Shown: positions 1-5,680, counted from the first letter of the stretch. The stretch: 6,848 bases of DNA from Candidatus Nanopusillus sp. (GCA_028276785.1 JAPYVP010000025.1:1-6848), one strand, 5' to 3'. The notes: generated from the letters alone by a model not told the origin. Made by a program: numbers and translations.

Positions 1-1449
1 TATGGAAAATATGAAATAAAAAATAAAGAAATAATATATGAAGAAGAAAGTTATGATCCATTGGAATATTTTTTAGAAATTGAAGATAAATTTCATATAG
101 ATTTGAAAGATAAAAGGATATATTTTAGAGTGTGGCAATATCCATTATCCCATTCGAAATTATTCTTATTTGATACAGATTTACAGGAAAATGATCCAAG
201 TATAAGAAAATTAACCGGAAGATTATATTATGAAGAGAATGAAGAAGAAAAATTATTAAAGGATTTATTGTTAGGATTGGGTGCATTAGAATTCTTTGAA
301 AATTATGGAATAGAAATTGATAAATATCATTTAAACGAATCGCACGGGGGTTTTTTAGCAATAGAATTATATAAAAGATATAGGGATATAAATAAGGTAA
401 AAGAAAAGGTTGTATTTACTACACATTCAATTATTGCAGGTCATGATTCATTTGATTATAATCTAGTAGAAAAATATTATGATATTCCTGGAGAAATAAG
501 AAATTTATCTCCAAATAGATTATCATTAACAAAAATATTATTTGAATTATCTGGATTTGTAAATGCTGTATCATATAAACACAAGATAATTACTGAAAGT
601 GTATATAATAAAAAGGTAGATTATGTAACAAATGGTGTATATCATTTAAGGTGGGTAAATAAAAAGATCGAATATTTATATGATACATATCTACATGGAT
701 GGAAAAACGAACCCGGAAAGTTTGCATACGCACAATCTATAAATAGGAAAGAATTCATAAAAGTAAAAAATGTTGTAAAAAAAGATTTAATAGATTATAT
801 AAATATAAATTCATATTCAAACAAAGAATTTAGAGAAGATAGAATATTAATTTCTGTAAAAAGGAGATTAACTGAATATAAAAGATTTCATATGTTATTA
901 TGGAGATTGGAAAAATTTGAAGAATTAGATAAAAAATATAAAATACAATTTTTATTGTCAGGTTCATTCCATCCAAAAGATGAATTTGTAAAAAATACAA
1001 TTAGATGGATTTTAGATATTATGTCAACATTGAGTACCCCAATTGGATTAATATTAAATAGAGGATATGAACAAGAAAGGACAATTTTAGCAGGTACAGA
1101 TTTATTTTTACATCTTCCAAGACCACCATTTGAAGCTTCTGGTACTTCTTGGATGAGGGCTGCAATAAATGGTACTCCCACATTATTTTCAAGAGATGGT
1201 TCTCCATTAGAAATAATAATTGATGATTATAATGGATGGTTTTTTGGAGAAAATAATTATGATATAAATAAAAATACTGATGAAAAAGATGTAGAAGATT
1301 TCTATAATAAGCTAGATTATGTATTAAACATTTACAGAAATAATTATGATAAATATATAGATGTATCATTAAATGCAATAAGAACAATAGGTCCAATATT
1401 TAATACTTATAGATGTTTTGAAGAATATATTAGTAAAGCATATAGATGA
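1..1449 (+). CDS. Alpha-glucan (glycogen/maltodextrin) phosphorylase family (GT35) homolog, 5'-partial because the gene starts upstream of the window. Possibly catalytically degenerate.
   Basis: Frame 1 is open from nt 1, with no stop before the TTG at 61 that the ORF track used, so the ORF runs off the left edge. The translation carries the ordered GT35 motif series: LFLFDTD..N...RKLTGRLY; HLNESHGGF (cf. NEGHaaF); FTTHS..AGHD.F; VNAVSYKH (cf. NGVSklH); TNGVYHLRW (cf. TNGVH..W); VKRRLTEYKR (cf. vKRihEYKR); SGSFHP (cf. GGKAaP/aGKAHP); PPFEASGTSWMRAAINGT (cf. EASGTsgMKaalNG). It ends at TGA 1447-1449, followed by a second in-frame TGA. Confidence 0.78.
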   Translation, partial: YGKYEIKNKEIIYEEESYDPLEYFLEIEDKFHIDLKDKRIYFRVWQYPLSHSKLFLFDTDLQENDPSIRKLTGRLYYEENEEEKLLKDLLLGLGALEFFENYGIEIDKYHLNESHGGFLAIELYKRYRDINKVKEKVVFTTHSIIAGHDSFDYNLVEKYYDIPGEIRNLSPNRLSLTKILFELSGFVNAVSYKHKIITESVYNKKVDYVTNGVYHLRWVNKKIEYLYDTYLHGWKNEPGKFAYAQSINRKEFIKVKNVVKKDLIDYININSYSNKEFREDRILISVKRRLTEYKRFHMLLWRLEKFEELDKKYKIQFLLSGSFHPKDEFVKNTIRWILDIMSTLSTPIGLILNRGYEQERTILAGTDLFLHLPRPPFEASGTSWMRAAINGTPTLFSRDGSPLEIIIDDYNGWFFGENNYDINKNTDEKDVEDFYNKLDYVLNIYRNNYDKYIDVSLNAIRTIGPIFNTYRCFEEYISKAYR

Positions 1450-1497
1450 TGAAAAAAGTATACTGAAAGATGAAGAATTTTACCCATTCTGATTATT
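1441..1497 (+). ncRNA. Archaeal box C/D sRNA (2'-O-methylation guide), core 1446-1492
   Basis: Read directly from the sequence. C box ATGATGA at 1446-1452. 10-nt spacer AAAAAGTATA at 1453-1462. D' box CTGA at 1463-1466. 3-nt loop AAG. C' box ATGAAGA at 1470-1476, one mismatch to RUGAUGA. 12-nt spacer ATTTTACCCATT at 1477-1488. D box CTGA at 1489-1492. The flanks TATAG and TTATT can form a short terminal stem (A1442-U1496, U1443-A1495, A1444-U1494, G1445-U1493 wobble). Size and box order match archaeal C/D sRNAs. Confidence 0.62.
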
Positions 1498-2542
1498 TTC
1501 CAAAAAAGGATAATATATTTTTTTGACTACCTTTCTTATATGCATTCTTTAGTTCTTCAATAGCTTTATTTACCCTATCTTCTGAAAAATCATGTTCATC
1601 AATTAATATTTTTCTTATTTTTTCTTCATCAACTTCTCCAAACTTTATATCTTCTTTATTTATTTCATTTACTGGTGGATCTTCAAAGAATTCTTCAAGC
1701 TCTTTCCAAGAAATTTCTTTATAATATTTTTCCCATCCAACATATTTAAACAACCTTTCAGGATCGTCACTATTTTTTACAAGTTCGTATGCAGTTTTTA
1801 CTCCTATTCCCGGAATTCCGTCTGGATTATAATCAGTTCCAATAATTAAAGCAAACCATATTAATTTTTTATAATCTAACTTTAAATGATTTAATATGTC
1901 ATTTAATTCAATAATTTCTGGATTTATTTCGACTTCTACACCCCTTACTTTTCTTTTTCCACTTATTGTTAAATTTCTTGCAACTCTTAATCCTCCAAAT
2001 AATAAAGAATCATAATCTTGTGATCCAACATAATCTGCAATTCCTTTTTTAACTAGATATGCTGCCTGTGCTTCCCCTTCAGAAGGTGCTTGTACATATG
2101 GAACTCCCATTGCTTTCAACAATTCCTTTGATTCTTCTACCATATTAAATTCTAATTTTGATGTAAATTCTGCATATTTCTTTAAATCTCCTTTTATACC
2201 CATTTCAATTGCCTTTTTATATTTTTCTTCCATCTTTTTTCTTTGTTCCTCTCTTAATTCCTGTTCCTTTTTCTTAAATTCTGGATGCTTCCCATCAAAT
2301 ACATAAATTACCTTTATTCCATATTCAATCAAATTCTTTGTCCTATAAAATAAACCAGACAAATGTGAAGTAACTCTTCCTTTTGAATCTTTTAAAGGTG
2401 TACCGTCGGGTTGCCTTATTGCGGCTAAGAATTGATATAAAGCATTAAATGCATCTAATGCGACGACTTTTCCAGATAAATATGAAAAATCAACTTCTTT
2501 TATTACAGGTTTTATTAGTTCTCTTATTTCTGCTAAACCCAT
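1493..2542 (-). CDS. fen: Flap endonuclease 1 (FEN-1), archaeal type
   Basis: The 349-aa ORF is collinear with archaeal FEN1. Shared motifs: MG...L.....E......GK.VALDAFNALYQFL..IRQPDGTPL.DS.GR.TSHLSG.FYRT.NL.E.GIK..YVFDGK.PEFKKKE; VQAPSEGEAQAAY; SQDYDSLLFG; GTDYNP.GI.GIG.K.A. The C-terminal PIP box is QKNILSFF (nt 1502-1525). Confidence 0.97.
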   Translation of the reverse strand: MGLAEIRELIKPVIKEVDFSYLSGKVVALDAFNALYQFLAAIRQPDGTPLKDSKGRVTSHLSGLFYRTKNLIEYGIKVIYVFDGKHPEFKKKEQELREEQRKKMEEKYKKAIEMGIKGDLKKYAEFTSKLEFNMVEESKELLKAMGVPYVQAPSEGEAQAAYLVKKGIADYVGSQDYDSLLFGGLRVARNLTISGKRKVRGVEVEINPEIIELNDILNHLKLDYKKLIWFALIIGTDYNPDGIPGIGVKTAYELVKNSDDPERLFKYVGWEKYYKEISWKELEEFFEDPPVNEINKEDIKFGEVDEEKIRKILIDEHDFSEDRVNKAIEELKNAYKKGSQKNILSFFGK

Positions 2543-2565
2543 TTAAATAATTTAATTTATAATGT

Positions 2566-2573
2566 TTTAAATT
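2566..2573 (-). promoter_or_regulatory. Candidate TATA box for fen (minus-strand AATTTAAA), overlapping the vapC stop codon
   Basis: The A/T element is centred about 27.5 nt upstream of the fen ATG (2542), which fits a leaderless transcript. Background is extremely AT-rich, so specificity is low. Confidence 0.35.
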
Positions 2574-2998
2574 TAATTATTATTTTTTAAATATTTTTCT
2601 ATAAATTCTTTTACTGAAATTGCATTACCTTTTTCTATTAAATCTTTATCTTCAGATACTAAAATTGATCCAAAATTCTTTGAGGCATATACATAAGATG
2701 CATCATAATATGTTAAATTTTTTTCTATTGCAATTTTAATTATTTCAATAAAAGATAAAGATAAATTCTCAATCACATTAAGTTCTTTTAGTATTTCATA
2801 AATAACTTCAGAAGTTTCTGTAAAATTAGTAATTCTCTTAAGTAAATAATAATCTTTCCAAATAGCATTTCCAATTTCATAAAAAGTAAGATCTAATATA
2901 TAAATATAATTATAATCTATTTTATCAGTATAATCTTTATAGACAGTTAGAAGCTTATATAATGCAGAAGCATCAAATAAAAAATTATTATCTTTCAT
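2573..2998 (-). CDS. vapC: PIN-domain ribonuclease, VapC-type toxin
   Basis: 141 aa. The four PIN acidic residues sit in their expected contexts: D9 (FLFDASAL), E41 (FYEIGNA), D99 (YYDASYVY), D117 (VSEDKDL). The start ATG (2996-2998) lies inside the last codons of the upstream antitoxin gene, an 11-nt overlap typical of TA coupling. Confidence 0.85.
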   Translation of the reverse strand: MKDNNFLFDASALYKLLTVYKDYTDKIDYNYIYILDLTFYEIGNAIWKDYYLLKRITNFTETSEVIYEILKELNVIENLSLSFIEIIKIAIEKNLTYYDASYVYASKNFGSILVSEDKDLIEKGNAISVKEFIEKYLKNNN

Positions 2999-3218
2999 AC
3001 CTTGTTTCTTTAATTAATCTTGTGAATTCCTCTGGGGTAACATCTTTCATTAATTCGCTTAATCTTTCAGCTAATTTTTTTATTTTTTCTCTTCTTCTTT
3101 TTTCTATTTCTTCTTTCAAAGCTTTTTCTACGACATCTTTTATATTTATTCCTAATTCCTTTGCCTTTTCCTTTAAATTCTTATCTATTCTTATACTTAT
3201 AACATCTGTTTTACTCAT
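2988..3218 (-). CDS. vapB: VapB-type antitoxin, ribbon-helix-helix-like DNA-binding protein
   Basis: 76 aa. The N-terminus VISIRIDKNLKEKAKELGINIKDVVEKALKEEI has a beta-strand/helix/helix pattern typical of RHH/CopG-like archaeal antitoxins. The tail is charged. The gene sits immediately upstream of the PIN gene and overlaps it. Confidence 0.7.
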   Translation of the reverse strand: MSKTDVISIRIDKNLKEKAKELGINIKDVVEKALKEEIEKRRREKIKKLAERLSELMKDVTPEEFTRLIKETRYER

Positions 3219-3225
3219 AATATAT

Positions 3226-3274
3226 TGTATTCAAAAATATGTATATAAGTTATAATGTATATAAATTTTTGTAT
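3226..3274. promoter_or_regulatory. Four phased TGTAT repeats in the vapB/ATP-cone divergent spacer. Candidate VapB operator overlapping the vapB TATA box.
   Basis: TGTAT occurs at 3226, 3240, 3256 and 3270, with spacing 14/16/14. The two central copies are a perfect 10-mer direct repeat ATGTATATAA (3239-3248 and 3255-3264). Four of the six G residues in the 96-nt spacer lie in these units. Confidence 0.4.
3241..3248 (-). promoter_or_regulatory. Candidate TATA box for vapBC (minus-strand TTATATAC)
   Basis: Centred 26.5 nt upstream of the vapB ATG (3218), which fits a leaderless mRNA. It lies within the repeat unit ATGTATATAA. Confidence 0.45.
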
Positions 3275-3314
3275 ACGATATTATTTTATCAATATCAATT
3301 TACAATAAAAATAT

Positions 3315-3887
3315 ATGGTAAAAGTAATAAAGAGATCTGGTGAAGAAGAAGAATTTTTAGAGGATAAGATATATAATTCGTTAATTAATGCGGGTGCATC
3401 TGAAGAAGTTGCAAAGCAAATTGTAAAAGAGTTAAAAGATTGGATAAAAACAGAAAAATTTGGAAAAATATCTACTGATGATATTAGAAGATTTGTATTT
3501 AATAGATTAAGAGTATTGGAACCAGATGTTTTAGAATCATGGCAATTTTACGATAGAATATTCAAAGGAAGGATAACATTTAGCGATGGAAAAATTTTGA
3601 TAATTGATAAAGGCCATTTATATTTGGGAAGAAAAGTTAGAGATATGGGAAATAAAGGATTGGACAGATCAGAGGAGGTTAAAGAGATATTAGAGGAATT
3701 AAAGGAAGATATGAGATATGGTTTATCTCCAAAAATAGTTAATTCTAGGTTATATGCATTATTTATGGGTGTATTAAGAAAAAAAGATATGCCTAAAGAA
3801 GAAAAAATGAAATCAATAGAGTTAATAAACAATTTTAGAAAAGAAATGGGATGGAAACCTTATGAATTAAAACAGCCAATATATTAA
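3315..3887 (+). CDS. ATP-cone domain protein with an unassigned C-terminal half
   Basis: The N-terminal ~90 aa match the ATP-cone pattern M.V.KRdG..E.F...KI..sl..AG.....A..i...v.......is...I...V...L.......Y: MVKVIKRSGEEEEFLEDKIYNSLINAGASEEVAKQIVKELKDWIKTEKFGKISTDDIRRFVFNRLRVLEPDVLESWQFY. There is no CxxC zinc ribbon, so it is not NrdR, and no RNR catalytic domain. The remaining ~100 aa are unrecognised. Confidence 0.8.
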   Translation: MVKVIKRSGEEEEFLEDKIYNSLINAGASEEVAKQIVKELKDWIKTEKFGKISTDDIRRFVFNRLRVLEPDVLESWQFYDRIFKGRITFSDGKILIIDKGHLYLGRKVRDMGNKGLDRSEEVKEILEELKEDMRYGLSPKIVNSRLYALFMGVLRKKDMPKEEKMKSIELINNFRKEMGWKPYELKQPIY

Positions 3888-3929
3888 TTTTTCAACAATT
3901 TTTAATTAATAAAAAACTTTTAATTGTTG
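3888..3929 (+). terminator. Oligo-T tracts plus an 8-bp inverted repeat downstream of the ATP-cone gene. Possible archaeal terminator.
   Basis: A T5 tract sits at 3888-3892, directly after the TAA stop, and a second T5 at 3899-3903. CAACAATT (3893-3900) pairs with AATTGTTG (3922-3929) around a 21-nt A/T loop. Archaeal termination commonly uses oligo-T runs. Confidence 0.3.
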
Positions 3930-3948
3930 TCATTAATAATAATTGTTA

Positions 3949-4383
3949 ATGGACAGTCTAGATAGAATTATAAATCCTATACCAGAAGATGAAAAATCGA
4001 GAGAAGCAATATATCATTTATTAGATAATGTTCTTGCAATGTATTATTTGCAAACTACTAAAGATGGTGAACCACTAGAGAAGTCATTTGAGAAATTGAA
4101 AAAAGAAGTTAGGAGGTATGAGATGATAATTATAACGAGAAATGGAGAATATACGATAAATTTAGGGAAATACGTTGAAGAAAAGGGATTTGGAGGTATA
4201 TTAAAACAAGCTATTAATCTAGGTAGACCATATAATATAACGCAACAAAGATATAAAGATTATGACTTTATAGAATTCGTACTATATGAAAGAAAGTGTT
4301 TAGATAGATTAATTAAAGAATTTAATAAAAAATATGGACTAGAAGATAGAATAATTGGTTTTACGATAGTAGTACGATATTAA
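3949..4383 (+). CDS. Hypothetical protein, 144 aa from ATG 3949 (the ORF track starts two codons earlier at TTG 3943)
   Basis: A long open frame in a stop-codon-rich AT background. The composition looks like coding sequence. A TATA-like TTTTAATT (3918-3925) is centred about 27.5 nt upstream of ATG 3949. I recognise no family motif. Confidence 0.6.
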   Translation: MDSLDRIINPIPEDEKSREAIYHLLDNVLAMYYLQTTKDGEPLEKSFEKLKKEVRRYEMIIITRNGEYTINLGKYVEEKGFGGILKQAINLGRPYNITQQRYKDYDFIEFVLYERKCLDRLIKEFNKKYGLEDRIIGFTIVVRY

Positions 4384-5090
4384 GGCCATTCAATTGTAAT
4401 AATTAGCCTTTTATTATTTTTACCTTTATTTTCTTTTCCAATAATTTTTATTTTTCCAACTTCTTTTGTGGATCTTACATGTGTTCCTCCATCCAATTGT
4501 ATATCAATATCTCCAATACCAACTATTCTTAAAACATCATATTTTTCATATCTTTTTTCATCCATTAATCTTTTTAATTGAGGCATTTTTTCAAGATCTT
4601 CTTTATTTATAAATTTTGCGTATACAGGCAAATCTTTATTAACAATTTCATTTGCCTTTTCCTCAATTTTCTTTACTAATTCGTCATCCAACTTATCTAA
4701 ATCAAAGTCTATTCTTGCTTTATCTTCATATATTTGACTTCCAGTAATTTTTATATTACCAAACATATTATTCAATACTGCAGATAATATATGTAGGGCT
4801 GTATGTAACCTCATTAATTTGTATCTTCTTTCCCAGTTTATTTTTCCTTTAACAATATCGCCAACTTTAAAATCTGGCTCTTTTTCTAATAAATGTACAA
4901 TATTTCCTTTATCATCATAATATGTATCTACTACTTTTATTCCATTTATTTCTCCAGTATCTCCTGGCTGACCTCCACTTCTTGCATAAAAGGTGGTTCT
5001 ATCTAAAACAACTTCTTTTCCTCTAATTTCAATAACCCTTCCTTTAAATTCTTTTAAATATTGATCCTGCCAGAAAAGTTTTTCAGTCAT
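4380..5090 (-). CDS. alaX: AlaX-type (AlaX-M-like) alanyl-tRNA editing protein, a Ser/Gly-tRNA(Ala) deacylase homolog
   Basis: 236 aa from the internal ATG at 5088-5090. Motifs: MTEKLFWQDQYLKEF...LDRTTFYARSGGQPGDTG (AlaRS-like N-terminal barrel); RRYKLMRLHTALHIL (HxxxH zinc motif); DGGTHVRSTKEVG (the CGGTHV motif position, with D instead of C); IKIIGKENKGKNNKRLI. The 77 upstream codons of the tracked 313-aa ORF are low-complexity, collide with the divergent promoter and ORF, and are not part of the gene. Confidence 0.9.
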   Translation of the reverse strand: MTEKLFWQDQYLKEFKGRVIEIRGKEVVLDRTTFYARSGGQPGDTGEINGIKVVDTYYDDKGNIVHLLEKEPDFKVGDIVKGKINWERRYKLMRLHTALHILSAVLNNMFGNIKITGSQIYEDKARIDFDLDKLDDELVKKIEEKANEIVNKDLPVYAKFINKEDLEKMPQLKRLMDEKRYEKYDVLRIVGIGDIDIQLDGGTHVRSTKEVGKIKIIGKENKGKNNKRLIITIEWP

Positions 5091-5112
5091 AGAAAATAAT
5101 ATAAGAATATCC

Positions 5113-5120
5113 TTATTTAC
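5113..5120. promoter_or_regulatory. Candidate shared bidirectional TATA element (TTATTTAC / GTAAATAA)
   Basis: The centre at 5116.5 is 26.5 nt from the alaX ATG (5090, minus) and 26.5 nt from ATG 5143 (plus). The AT-rich background limits specificity. Confidence 0.35.
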
Positions 5121-5142
5121 CTTTCTATTAAAACTATAATTT

Positions 5143-5244
5143 ATGAAAAAATTAGATAGTTTGGATAAAATATTAACAGATAATATTATTAGTAAAAGGT
5201 CATTTCTAAAGGACATATTTGATAAAGTATATCGGAAGGGATAA
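5143..5244 (+). other. 33-aa ATG-initiated ORF (MKKLDSLDKILTDNIISKRSFLKDIFDKVYRKG*). Either a small protein or the displaced 5' end of the following ORF.
   Basis: Read by hand in frame 1. It is the only ATG start upstream of the ATG-less 5219-5680 ORF. It overlaps that ORF's open frame (open from 5210) by 35 nt, in the frame one position earlier. Confidence 0.3.
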
Positions 5245-5680
5245 TAAAACGAAATTAGATTATATAAATTACTTTCTGTACATAGATTTACTATTTTTAA
5301 TAGAAGTATATTATTTCGCAAAAGGATTTGTAGAAGAATGTAACAATCTTGATATATACGAATGTAAAAGGATAAAAGTAAAGGACATATTGAGATATTT
5401 GCGTTATGAAAAAATATTAATTAAAATTTTTGGGAGTTTGAATAAAGTTGAAGAATTTGTGGATAGTATTGACGAAGATGGGTTTTATGAATTTTATTAT
5501 AATTTAGGAAGAGAGTATTTTAAAGAATTTTATTTTATTAATAATAGGATATTAACTAATATTAAAAGAAAACAAATATTGAAAACTATTAGTAAATTCT
5601 TATACAGTAAATTTAGTTATGGTTTATTTTCCAATAATTATAAAGAAAGTAAAAATAAGAAGAATCTATATATTATTTAA
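5219..5680 (+). CDS. Hypothetical protein (153 aa as tracked). TTG start or frameshifted continuation of the 5143 ORF.
   Basis: A 153-codon open frame in a genome where TAA/TAG/TGA arise easily is unlikely to be chance. It contains no ATG codon at all: the tracked start is TTG and there is no internal Met. I recognise no family motif. The protein is rich in Y, F, K and N. Confidence 0.5.
   Translation: MIKYIGRDNKTKLDYINYFLYIDLLFLIEVYYFAKGFVEECNNLDIYECKRIKVKDILRYLRYEKILIKIFGSLNKVEEFVDSIDEDGFYEFYYNLGREYFKEFYFINNRILTNIKRKQILKTISKFLYSKFSYGLFSNNYKESKNKKNLYII

Noticed and set aside
1221-1283. TGATGA (1221-1226 and 1278-1283) and CTGA (1277-1280) motifs, which might suggest a second C/D sRNA
   Set aside because: The motifs lie inside the phosphorylase CDS and lack the C-guide-D'-C'-guide-D order and ~12-nt spacing. 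No CTGA follows the second TGATGA within range. TGATGA is simply a common Asp/Met-containing codon string here. The CTGATGA near 3475 in the ATP-cone gene is rejected for the same reason.
125-1396. Three minus-strand ORFs from the track (125-361, 888-1181, 1019-1396)
   Set aside because: All three lie entirely antisense within the strongly motif-supported phosphorylase-homolog CDS. Their translations are low-complexity (L/I/F/H/N-rich) with no recognisable motifs. They are typical shadow ORFs of an AT-rich coding strand.
2962-3255. 97-aa plus-strand ORF
   Set aside because: It is antisense to vapB and to the vapB/vapC junction. The translation is S/F/L/I low-complexity. It also runs through the divergent promoter spacer, which is implausible.
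3548-3832. 94-aa minus-strand ORF
   Set aside because: It is antisense inside the ATP-cone gene and has low-complexity S/I/F/L/N composition. It is a shadow ORF.
4000-4017. Rx4H motif (REAIYH) in the 144-aa protein, reminiscent of the HEPN RNase signature
   Set aside because: The motif sits at residues 18-23, far from where the HEPN Rx4-6H lies (the C-terminal part of an all-helical ~120-aa domain). The C-terminal half of this protein looks beta-rich. A 6-residue pattern is too weak on its own.
5091-5321. 77-codon N-terminal extension of the tracked 313-aa alaX ORF
   Set aside because: AlaX homology begins exactly at the internal Met (MTEKLFWQDQY, ATG at 5088-5090). The extension is low-complexity, overlaps the opposite-strand ORFs at 5143 and 5219, and would leave no promoter. 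A TATA-like element sits at the right distance from ATG 5090.
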